Source of the DNA: Octopus sinensis
Lineage: Eukaryota
DNA length: 64,000 nucleotides
Direction of reading: 5' to 3'
Assembly: GCF_006345805.1 (NCBI RefSeq)
Contig: NC_042997.1
Coordinates: 17,980,001-18,044,000, forward strand
A model generated the notes under the pieces. The model saw only the letters and a program-made list of their open reading frames with translations, ran no database searches and had not been told where the DNA came from. A program made the position numbers and the translations under genes. Of this stretch, positions 25,848 to 37,422 are shown in pieces (the first letter of the stretch is position 1; each line of letters opens with the position of its first letter).

Positions 25848-26212
25848 CATCATCATCATCATTTAGCGTCCGCTTTCCATGCTAGCATTGGTTGGACGGT
25901 TCAACTGGGGTCTGTGAAGCCAGAAGGCTCCATCAGGCCCAGTCTGATCTGGCAGTGATTCTACGTCTGGATGCCCTTCCTAACGCCAACCACTCCGTGA
26001 ATGTAGTGGGTGCTTTTTACGTGCCACCCGCACAGATGCCAGACGGAGCTGGCAAACGGCCACAGACAGATGGTGCTTTTTACGTGCCACCGGCACGGGG
26101 GCCAGGCGAGGCTGGCAATGGCCACGAACGGATGGTGCTTTTTATGTGCCACCGGCACGGAGGCCAGTCGGGGCGGCACTGGCAACGGCCATGATCGGAT
26201 GGTTCGCTTACT
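25848..26212 (-). mobile_element. RTE LINE 3' UTR/tail
   Basis: (CAT)n TTTAGCGTCCGCTTTCCATGC tail; three ~62-bp GGTGCTTTTTAYGTGCCACC units at 26009, 26072 and 26134. Confidence 0.85.
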
Positions 26213-26279
<67 letters not shown>

Positions 26280-26323
26280 ATAAATGTATGAATGTATGCA
26301 TGCATGTGTATACACACACATTA

Positions 26324-27588
26324 GGGCGTTCGGAAAGTAATTGCATTTTTTTCACCACTATGAAATACGAATTAACTATTCACATCAGAGACAAGGTCAA
26401 ATGGGAAGAAACTACATAGAAATAGTATATCATCTCCTCTATTTGGCAGTGTGTCATTCGTAGTTATTTTGGTAATTAACCTCATGGACTACAAGAACTT
26501 TATGAAATAACATATTCATCATTGCTTTCTGTATGAATTTTTGAAAGAAAAGTACCACTACAGAAGCAATGAAAAATATTTGTGAAGTGTATTCAGATGC
26601 AGTGAAAGGTTGTACATGTCAGTTGTGGTTTAAAAGTTTTAAAGATGGTGATTGTGAAATATTCAACAAGCCTTGCTCTGTAAACAACCCACTCTGAATG
26701 ATGACCTTTTGTATGAGACTATTGTATCAGATCCACGTCAAAGCACCAGAGATTTAACACAAAAAATTAATGTAACATGTTCAATTATCCATGAACATCT
26801 CAAGCAAATTGGGGAAAACATTCAAAGAGGGAATTTGGGTTCCATATGGTCTTACACATGAGAACCAAACACAATGTCCAACCATCTGCAGCAATGTTTG
26901 AACCAGGAACAACAACCTCTCATTTCTGTAGTGCTTTGTTGCTGGTGAGGAAAAATGGGTTTTGCATCACAACAGAAAACAAAAGAGACAAGGGTTATCA
27001 CGTAGTGAGAGGCCAGTGTCAACACCAAAACTAGAACACCATCTACAAAAATCCTTGCTCTAATGGAACATGAAAGGTATTGTCCTTTATGTGCTACTGG
27101 AACAAGTAAGGATCATTAATGCAGATGTCTGTTGCCAGCAACTTGATTATGGAAATGAAAAATTACATCGAAAGGGGCCAGCTTTTGTAAAGAGAAAAAG
27201 AGTTGCTCTCCAGCATGACAATGCATGACACCATTCTTCAAAACAAACCCAAGAATATATAAGACCATCAAGATGGGAAGTTCTTCCCCATTCTCCATAC
27301 TCACCTGACTTAGCACCTATGGATTTCCATCTGTTCTAATATCTAGAACATTTTATAAAAGGCAAAACATCAAGAAACAGAGAGGAAGTTGAAAACAGTC
27401 TTTCAGACATTTTTCAAGAAAAAAAATAGTTTTCTTTGAATATGGCACAAAAAAATTACTTTCATGCTGGGTTGCAATTGTTGAAAACACTGGTGATTGT
27501 ATTCTCAATTAAAATTATTCAGATAAATGTAGTTTACATTCGTTTTTATATACCATCTGGTAAAACACAATTACTTTCCAAACATCCC
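26324..27588 (+). mobile_element. Full-length decayed mariner (DD34D) transposon, 1265 bp
   Basis: TA|GGGCGTTCGGAAAGTAATTGCATTTT ... AAAACACAATTACTTTCCAAACATCCC|TA TIRs; EEKW, LQHDNA and PHSPYSPDLAPMDFHLF motifs; many stops and frameshifts. Confidence 0.9.
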
Positions 27589-27599
27589 TATATATATTG

Positions 27600-27641
27600 G
27601 GATAGATAGATAGATAGACAGACAGACATACAGACAGATAA

Positions 27642-27703
<62 letters not shown>

Positions 27704-27705
27704 GT
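27600..27705. repeat. (GATA)n/(GACA)n microsatellite
   Basis: Read directly. Confidence 0.95.
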
Positions 27706-29927
27706 GTGCAGAGAAAAAGAGGAAGGTGAGCTTCTCTTCCCTTAAAGAAGCTTTACACAAAAAAATTACTAGCAGAACAAAATCTTGTTGATACCAGGTA
27801 CTCAAATGCAGATTGGCATTCCAAGCTAAAGAACAATACAAATACAAATTCACTTACACAGATATAACGTGCACTCCTTCATAAAACTGTATAAATCACA
27901 TATTATATACTATGAACTAAGTAAAACCTGGTTAGAGAATGGGTAAATATGTCATTAAAAATTCCATAAGACAGAACACAACTAGCATCATATTTAACAA
28001 TAGTCTTGCAGTAAGAATGTATTGCAAAAGCACCAGATTCAAAAGGATTTACATCAATATGAAGCAACAAACTGGCAAATTCTAGAATGTATTTATAACA
28101 ATAAGTATAATAATCAAATTTCAGTGTAGATACAAAAGTTATAAACCTCATGACAAACTGTTTCATCAGACACACAAAAACAATACTTTTTCATCAGTTG
28201 ATCATAAATTTAGAACACGGAATCTTCACAACATATTATAACACAATGCAAGGAAAACAAATTAGGTAGAAAACAGTTGATAGTACTACTTTCTTATGTT
28301 AAAAATCCTACAAACATATTTATTAGCAGCAAAATACAAACTGAAAATCAAGACTCAGGGTGCATATGAAACATACCTTGAAATCTAGCAGAAATTAACC
28401 ATTGAACTATATTAAATCTGGAGTTGATGATTATGTTGGTTAAAATAGAATTCACATGATACTTTGCAACCTACTGTAAAGTGTGTGAAGAAAATGTCAA
28501 ACTACGATCATTTCTTTGAGATGATGAAACCAATACCAGTAAAGTTTAATGGATATAAGAATGCCAACATTCCAAGAGAAATGATTAAGAAATATGATAA
28601 AACTTGAACACAGTTGTATCTCTAATACAATTTGTTTGAAAGAAAAGCTGCTTCTCTTTACATAAACAGATGTCCACACACACATACACACACATGTATG
28701 TATATATTGTTTTATGAATTGTATGCATGCATGTATGTATGTATCTATACATGTATATATCCGTGTATGTATATGTGTATGTTTTTATGAGTTTATATTT
28801 GAGTATTGTGTGTGTTGTGTGTTTGCATGTGTATGTGTGTATATATGTGTATATTGACGGATGGAAACATTGATAACCTCACTCCCTGCAAAAAATGGTG
28901 ATATTTGTTCTGCTCTAAGTTACACAGACAATCTCTTGTCATTTTCATTATTGAAAATGCAGTGAACCAGGGATTGGCACATTGGAAACCTATAACCAAA
29001 AACTCTATTGTTTACCAATCATGATATTAATTAAAAAAAAAATAAAAGTGAATAAAATAAATGAATAAAAGTACTCACACAACATTGAGGTGAAATCTAA
29101 GAATGTATGAAGAAAATTACTTGTCTAGTTGTAGAATATCAGTCTTTCAAAGATAACTTTGTCAATACCTGTTCGACTGAGATTTTATCAAAAGACTAAG
29201 TTTCCAACTTTTCAGACGACATAGTTCATTGTAATTTTCCCCACAAGAAAAAGAAAACAAAAAAAAAACATGCCAAATATTACTAAAGCACACTTAAAAT
29301 TTCATGTTGGTTTTTAAGAATGTGTTTAATGTTTTAAGTGTCATCAAATTTGCTACATGGCTTGCAAAAGGTTTGGTACACTATATAAATCATAGGTGCA
29401 AAATATGAAGGATACATTAGCTGCTCACAGTCTTTTCAGCCAACTTATTTCAGTTCGAGACAAAGATTTAAAAACTATCATAAAATTTTCTGTGATATTT
29501 GTTTCTTCTATTTTCTATGGTTTATAGAGAAAGCCTCTTATCTTGAATCTTTCAAATTCATATTGTACTTCATATTGTACTTCCACATCATAAAGAAATT
29601 TCTTTCTTTGAAGCACTAACAAGAAAGGGAGTAATCAAGCCCATAAATCTGTAAAATTTAATATTGCAGACATGGTGTTTTAGTTTGATGTTACTGAGAG
29701 TTCTTTGTCTGTATATCTTCCCCAAGATCGTCCCCTCTTACCACTATGATACTTTGGCCAAATACCTTTGAAAGTATGATTATTTGAAGGTTAAAATTAT
29801 ATCTCAATCCATTGATAGGATCATCAAGGTACTATTGGTGGCAAGAATATGACCCTTATTTCACCCAAATTACTGACAAGTTGACCACGTGAGCAAATAT
29901 GTTCATTGTCTAATATGAGAAGAGCTT

Positions 29928-30138
29928 AAGGTAGTGGACTGGCAGAATCAGTGGCACACCAGGCAAAGGGCTTAGTGGCATTTCATCTATTTTACATTCT
30001 GAGTTCAAATTTTGGTGGGACTGACTTTACCTTTCATCTTTTTTGAGGTCGATAAAATAAGCACCATTTGAACATTGGTATTGATGTAATCAACTTAACC
30101 CCTCCCCTGAAATTACTGCCTTGTGCCAAAATTTGAAA
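29928..30138 (+). mobile_element. SINE family B
   Basis: TGGCAGAATC and GAGTTCAAAT boxes; possible decayed 18-bp TSD CTAATATGAGAAGAGCTT / CTAATATTAGTAAAGCCT (14/18). Confidence 0.75.
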
Positions 30139-30435
30139 CTAATATTAGTAAAGCCTTCACCTCATCAGCTGAAAGTTCGAGGACATCTTCCTGACATTTA
30201 TGTATTCCAGGAGCAAAATTCTAGAAAACCTAATATTCATGCTGAACCGATAATTATTAGAACTAGCAAACTTACCCGTCTATGATGGGTGATAAGAACA
30301 GGGTGAAAATCGAGACAATTTAAGTTGTAATGTACTTATTTTCAATCATTATATTTGATAGTGCCAAACTATATAGTGTAGCTTATTGAATAATATATAT
30401 GTAAACATTTACATAACACATTCATGGTGCTATCT

Positions 30436-30850
30436 TTACAAAACATCTTTGTGAACAATATTTTTCGTTTGTCCGTAACTAAGTTTCAAATTAGCTGAAT
30501 CCGTAGCTTTACTCATCAAGGCATACAGTTGGCCGTGCGTGAGCATAGGGGAGGGCAGAAACACACCGACGTAATCCAAAGTCTGGCCCTGAGACTTGTT
30601 GGCTGTAAAGGAGAAGGCTAATTTGATAGGAAGCTGCTTGCATCGTAACTGAAATGGAAACTGATTATCTGAAGGCATCAGAGATATCCGAGGTATAAAC
30701 AAACATTTGCCAGTGTGAGGACCAGTTGCTATCACTGCTTCGATGACGTGAGAGTTAAGTTCCGTAACAGTGTATCTTGTTCCGTTTCAATGTCCATTAG
30801 CTGGGTCAATATTCTGAAGCAGCATAATCGGACAACTAGTAATCTCGATG
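30436..30850 (-). pseudogene. Helitron Rep/Helicase (PIF1-like) C-terminal fragment
   Basis: CPIMLLQNIDPANGH*NGTRY...IATGPHTGKCLFIPRI...QLPIKLAFSFTANKSQGQTL...THGQLYA (decayed NKSQGQT and HGQLYVA motifs). Confidence 0.85.
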
Positions 30851-30865
30851 GATAAAAATCTTTTG

Positions 30866-32166
30866 GGATCTTTTCTATTCTGAAGCCAGGACCACAGATC
30901 TTTCTACTTAACTAAATAACTGAAACTTCGTATGCTGATAGAGTCTAGCAAAACAAGACACAGGTTGGAACTAGTTTATTTGAGAAAAATCTATTTTATG
31001 ACTTTAATCGTAGATTAAAACTGCGAATTTTAACCAATCAGATTGTTTGTTTTCATGTGTAAAACTTGACTGCATTCTATTAGTGTGACGTAGAAAGCGC
31101 TTTTGTGACGTACTAACGTTCGGAAAACTGTAAACAAACACGGCAGACGAAATACGGCTACGCATTTCGCCCGGCGTGCTAACGTTTCTGTCAGCTCTTT
31201 GCTTTTTAATATTAAATTTCGGCGAAGTTTCGCTTGTCGTAGCACAAGTTTTCCGTCGATTTCCGTAAAAAACTTTTATTTTTTTACATAAGTAATGAGA
31301 GCGAAAGAGACTAAGAGGAAGCGATTTTATGACGAGGGAAGTTTGTCTTTGAAGTTACCGTCTAGGGGAAGCATTGATGTACATGTGTGTGTGTGTGTGT
31401 GTTTGATGGGGTGTGGGAGACAGTATGTTGTGTAAGTGAGGTGCTTCTGTTAGTGTGTGTGAAGAGACAGAGAGAGTAATGTGTGAAAGAGAGAGATAAC
31501 TGAAATTTTTTACTCGGTGTATGTGTATATGTATGTCTGCATGTATGTGTGTGTGTGTATGTATCTATGTATGTATGGCCGATTCATCGTAATTACGATG
31601 AATCGGCCATACATACATACACACACACACATACATACACACACACACATACTTACACATACATACACACACACATACATGCAGACATACATATACACAT
31701 ACACCGAGTAAAAAATTTCAGTTATCTCTCTCTTTCACACATTACTCTCTCTGTCTCTTCACACACACTAACAGAAGCACTTCACTTACACAACATACTG
31801 TCTCCCACACCCCATCAAACACACACACACACACATGTACATCAATGCTTCCCCTAGACGGTAACTTCAAAGACAAACTTTTGTTATTAGAAGGTGGCTG
31901 ACTATAGCTTGTTTACATTTAAGATGTCTAATACGTCACGAAATTGGTGGTCGAGACGGAGTAAATAAAATAAAGCCGAATGACGGAATATCATTGGTTA
32001 AAATTCTAATTATTAAACAACGTTAAACTTAGAAGTTACAATTCCGTTTTCATTCTGGTTTACAATTAAGTTTACTTTTGACACATTCTACCAGTATACG
32101 AAGTTTCAAATTGTTTGGTTCAGTAGGAAAAATTTGAAAAAACTGGCTTCAGAATAGAAAAGATCC
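30866..32166. repeat. Nested palindrome (outer diverged arms + inner ~540-bp spacerless palindrome)
   Basis: Inner arms 31339-31592 / 31593-31880. Outer blocks 30866-30889/32143-32166, 30922-30942/32087-32107 and 31025-31038/31993-32006. Confidence 0.9.
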
Positions 32167-32961
32167 ATCTTTTGTTATATTTTAATTAACATAAAATATA
32201 ATGCATGCATAACATGTCATTCACTGTTTTATACATCATAGTATGATACATAGTAGGAAAACTTACCAGAGCAAAAATCCTAAGTATTGACTGTGGACAC
32301 GTTCCTTCGCAAATGATCAGCTATTATTTTGTAAACAATGTTTTGAAACTGTTCATGTATATGAAAGAAAAGATGTGACTATCACGCTCAGTGTAGGAGG
32401 CCCGGGTTGCCAAAGTTACTTCATTCGATCTTATTACTCAATAGAGGGAGATGGGGTAGGGTGGGTGGGGCGAGGGAGTGACAGGGGGGAGGAAGAGGAT
32501 GTTGGACTGATCTCTGTGGGAGAAGGTAGGCCTCTCTATTCCTCTTACAAAACTTACTTCCGGGTGCCAAATTTGCCTCAATTGATGGTATTACTCAGGT
32601 AGGTGGTGGGACAGGGGCAGGGGCAGAAGGAGGAGGTCAAGTATGTCCCTTTAGGAAGGTACAGGCCACTGTATTCCTTCTGCTAAAATTATCTCCGGGT
32701 GCCAAAGTTACTTCAAATGATAGAATTTTTCTGAGGGGAAGGAGAGGGACTAAACCTATATATAAACCACCCTAGAGAACTTCCGAACACTCCTACAAAG
32801 TTTCATGCTGATCGGCCCAACCATTTGGCCGTGATGTGAATACAGACGGACATTACACCCATTATAGTATGATAGTAATGATGCACTGGTAATTGGTGTG
32901 TTGTCTTTAGAAACTTGTGGGCAACCATATCTCCCATGCCACTATCAGTAACATTTAAAAA

Positions 32962-33853
32962 TATGATGCATGTGTACGAACTGCTATACTACATAGCAGT
33001 GAAACATGGGCCATAACTGCTGAGGACATGTGTAAGCTTGCAAGGAACGAAGCCAGTATGCTCCAATGGATGTGTAATGTCAGTGTACATACTTGACAGA
33101 GTGTAAGTGCCTTGAGAGAAAAGTTGAACCTAAGGAGCATCAGATGTATTGTGCAAGATAGATGACTGTGCTGGTATGGTAATGTGGTACGAATGGATGA
33201 GGATAGCTGTGTGAAAAAGTGTCACACCCTAGCAGTTGAGGGAATCTGTGGAAAAGGTAGACCAAGGAAGACCTGGGATGAAGTGGTGAAGCACGACCTT
33301 CGAACATTAGACCTCACCAGAGCAATGACTAGTGACCGAGACCTTTGGAAATATGCTGTGCTTAAGAAGACCCAGCAGGACAAGTGAGACCATAACCTGT
33401 GGCCTATGCCAGTGGTGTAACCAGCCCACTTATGCATACCTTTCCTTCATTGGACACTAAACTCTGCTTGCAAAGACCTGTTGAGGCAAGTGAAACCGAA
33501 ATTAAATTCGATGACAGCGCCACACAACTAGCATCCATGCTGATGGAGTGCTAAGAGCACCATCCGAGCGTGATTGTTGCCAGTGCCGCTGGACTGGCTC
33601 CTGTGCAGGTGACATGTAAAAAGCACTATTTGGGCGTGGCCGTTGCCAGTACCGCCTGACTGGCCCTCATGCTGTGGCACATAAAAGCACCCACTACACT
33701 CTTGGAGTGGTTGGCATTAGGAAGGGCAACCAGCTGTAGAAACTTTGCCAGATTAGATTGGAGCCTGGTGCAGCCATCTGGCTTGCCAGTTCTCAGTCAA
33801 ACCGTCCAACCCATGCCAGCATGGAAAGCGGACGTTAAACGATGATGATGATG
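32962..33853 (+). mobile_element. RTE-clade LINE, 5'-truncated
   Basis: YDACVRTAILHSSETWA...LREKLNLRSIRC...GKGRPRKTWDEVVKHDL, 3' UTR, AACGATGATGATGATG tail. Confidence 0.9.
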
Positions 33854-34011
33854 ACTATTTGCCTTTATGCAATGCTGAAAAACATTCATTAACAGACAAC
33901 TTCATTTGAAAAATTTGGGTTTTCCAAGGTAGTGACTGCCAATACAACCCTGTTTCCCCACTATTACGTAATTAATAGCCCTTGATAATTAAATATTTTA
34001 ACCTGTTTCAG

Positions 34012-34345
34012 AATGCTTCGATTTTCTTGCTTGGTGAGCTGCCTGCATTACTGTGGGTAATTGTATTAACCCTTCTGCAGTGATTTCTAAATCACCATCA
34101 CATCACTAGCTTTGAAATTTTTGATGCATATATGCTAGCTAGCTTGGCTGCAACACTTTCAGTTTTGATGCCACAGATGTTGTTGGTGTAGTATCATTGA
34201 CAGATAAACTACTTTGTCACTGCCTTCTTAATAACGACTCTAATATGTTACAACATTCTGTGATGTATAAATTCAATGAAAATTTATTAACTGAAACTGA
34301 TTTTCACTATAACGATACTGTTCTTACAGGATTGTGATATAATCT
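34012..34345 (+). pseudogene. Candidate decayed exon, product unknown
   Basis: TTTTAACCTGTTTCAG acceptor. One frame has a 64-codon open stretch (34143-34334) but several stops upstream. Confidence 0.15.
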
Positions 34346-35593
34346 GGTAGTAATTTGCTTTCAAATCTAATAACTTACACTCAGGAACAAAGATTAAATC
34401 AAGTTGAAATAGGCAAATACTTTATTATGAGTAACACTTATGTTAGATTAATATGTTCAGTGCAGTAGCACAATGTGACAATAACTACCTTACACAACAC
34501 CACTTGTATGGCTCTACATAACTTTTGATATTTCAGTGATTAGGTATGTTTTAGATATATGTTGTACTCCTTGGCTTTAAGGGAAAATAATAATCTAAAG
34601 AAAAAGCATGTGGCCTTATCTGCAAACTAAAAGCAGGAACTTACAATTAAGTTAGAGATTGGTACTTCATTGGAATGAGTTTGAGAAGAAGAGTATGACA
34701 GTTTTCTTCACAAGCAAGGTGAAGAACAACCCAGTGGATTTCCTTTGAAATTTAATATTCATTAAAATTCTAAGGCATCATCTGTTAGCACAAGGAAACT
34801 TGAGAGCTGCAAAATATAGAAACCAATATATTTATTCACTGAACAAAAATTGCAAGTCAACACAAGTTGCATTGTGTTTTATATAGTGATGGTTATCATA
34901 TTGAGTTTCTGTGCTGAATCTGCCATTGTTTCTACAATGTTACTTTATATATATGATGTGTTTAAAAGTTATTGGAGATCCAGCAATTGCACTGGCTTTG
35001 ATAGTTTTTTTCTTTGTTTTTATTAAATGTTTTAACAGTTGTTTTATGTATATCAAACTGCTTTGCAGTTTCTGTGAAACACTTTCTATTTGAGGTTCAT
35101 CTAATATATATTAATTTTCATGTCTAGAGAAATCAACTTTCTTGACATTTGAAACACTCATTCACTCTTGAAAATGTTTTGAAAGATATTTGAATAATTG
35201 TAACTCACTTGTTAATTTAGAGTGTGGTTTATTTCACTATCATAAAAGTGAAATGAAAGTTAAAAAAACAAACAATGTAAAACTAAAGTTGAAATGATGA
35301 AGTTGTATTTTTGTACACATAAAGTGAAAAGGCAAAAGCAAAATGGAACCATGCAAACTAAGTACCATGTAAACTGCAGTAGGTTCAGAAAAGGGATTGG
35401 AAATAAGAAGGTTTTCCAGCTGTAGAAACCATGCCAAAACTGAGACATTGAAGCAAAACATCTTCCTTTGACCCATTGGATTCTGTTAAATGATCCAACA
35501 CATGCCAGTATGGAAAGTAAATGTGAAATGACAATGACGATGATGAGGGGGCAATGAAAATGACATATACATATGTGTATTTATATGAATATA

Positions 35594-36864
35594 CAGGGTG
35601 TTCAGGCCAAATTTCACAGTTTGCATAAAAGGAAAAGAAAACAATATCCCATTTAAAGATAAAAGTATTTAGAAAATCAAAAATTATCAACTAGATTATG
35701 ATTATGGCTAAGATATAACAATTTACTCAATGTAGCCACCCTAAGCTTCCACCATGGCCTCAAAGAGGCTCCAGAATCTCATGCACACATTCCTCACTGT
35801 GTCCCTGGGACAATCTTCACCTCTTTGATTTTGGCCACCAACTTGGCCTTGCTGCTGCAAGCAGAGCTGTTGTGCCTCATACATTGTAATTCATAGCATT
35901 ACACTCAAGGGAATTTTAGGGGCCACAAATTGGGACTGGTGAAGTTATAGAAATTCTCCAACAACCACTTCTGACTCTTTCTGAAGGTATGGCAAGGAGC
36001 TGAATCCTGCTGCCATACATATGGCCTTCCAGCAGCAACCCTCTCCAGTCAGATTTTGTACCACAATCCTCATCAACTTCACACAGCAGTCTGAATTGAG
36101 CTTTAGGCTCTGTTCATACATGTGGGGCAACATGATGTCACCCTCAATAGAGACATCCAAAGGCTATCACATTTTGAAGAAGTTGATTTTCATGATAAGT
36201 AGAATATTACATGGATTGTAGACAAGCCATCTGTTGTTCTGGGTGTTGTGCAACTGGTCCTGGCAGAAGTTCTTTTCATCTCAGCAGATCATCCCTAGCT
36301 TAACAGGGTGCCTCAGCTTGTTCAAGAGTTTGTCATGTAGTTCTCCTTGGCTTTGGCTATCAAAATCCATCCCTTTTACCTCTTGTATGACTGGTAGCAA
36401 AAATATTCATTTAGAGCCAGCTTCATGGTTGTAAATCCAATACCTATATCTCCTGTAAAACCCAGATTTCCTTGCTCAGATCTTACTTCATCTTCTCTGC
36501 AGTTGTTGGATGAATCCAAGCATACAGATGCAGTCAGAACACCTGTTGTGTCCCTTCCTGCTGGTCACAACTTTGTAGTCTTCATTGAAGCTATCCATGT
36601 CCTGTCTTACTGCTTTTACAGTGTTTTCAGAACATTGAGCAACAGTCATGATGCTGACATTTTGAAACACGATGCAAATCATCATGATACAGGTAATTCT
36701 TTTCTAATATTCAGATAGTTTCCAGTCATCCATGTCAGCTAAGATTTGTTTGACTATAACTTTAATCTTCATGCTCTCCAATGCCATTGGACTATTCACA
36801 AAAAAATCAAACTGTTCCAAGAAAGGGAAACAAAAAAATCTTCAAATTTAACCCAAACTCCTTG
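35594..36864 (-). mobile_element. maT/DD37D-type Tc1/mariner transposon, decayed
   Basis: Degenerate TIRs TA|CAGGGTGTTCAGGCCAAATTT vs TA|CAAGGAGTTTGGGTTAAATTT. DVSIEGDIMLPHMYEQSLKLNSD and FTSPNLWP segments match the DD37D family pattern. Confidence 0.8.
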
Positions 36865-36879
36865 TAGGCAAACAGACAT

Positions 36880-36892
36880 ACAGACACACATG

Positions 36893-36924
<32 letters not shown>

Positions 36925-37422
36925 TGTATGTATGTATGTATTTATGTATGTATGTATGCATGCATGCATGCATGCGTGCATGCTTGTATGTATGTATGTA
37001 TGTATGTATGTATGTATGTATGCATATATGTATGCATGTATGTAAGCATGCATGTATGTATGTATATATGTATGTACGTATGTATGTATATGTGAATGTA
37101 TGTATGCATGTATGTATGTGTGAATGTATGTATGTATGTGTGTGTGTGTATGTATGTATGTATGTATTTATGTGTGTATGTGTGTGTGTATGTATGTGTG
37201 TATGTATGTATGTATGTATGTGTGCGTATGCATGTATGTAAGTATGTATGTATTTATGTATGTATGTGTGTATGTGTGTGTGTATGTATGTGTGTATGTA
37301 TGTATGTATGTGTGCGTATGCATGTGTGTATGTAAGTATGTATGTATGTAAGTATGTATGTATGTATGTATGTATGTATGTATGTATGTATGTATGTATG
37401 TATGTATGTATGTATGTATGTA
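36880..37422. repeat. (TATG)n/(TG)n microsatellite, ~540 bp
   Basis: Read directly. Confidence 0.95.

Larger units (their letters stand above)
30263..32872 (-). mobile_element. Non-autonomous Helitron (2.6 kb)
   Basis: On the minus strand: A|TCATACTATAA... 5' end; 3' hairpin ACCCATC-ATA-GACGGGT followed by CTAG|T. Inserted between A and T, no TSD; carries a helicase fragment. Confidence 0.85.

Noticed and set aside
25990-26212. Repeat-spacer pattern resembling a CRISPR array
   Set aside because: Units are the internal tandem module of the RTE 3' UTR; spacers are homologous to each other; animal context, no cas genes.
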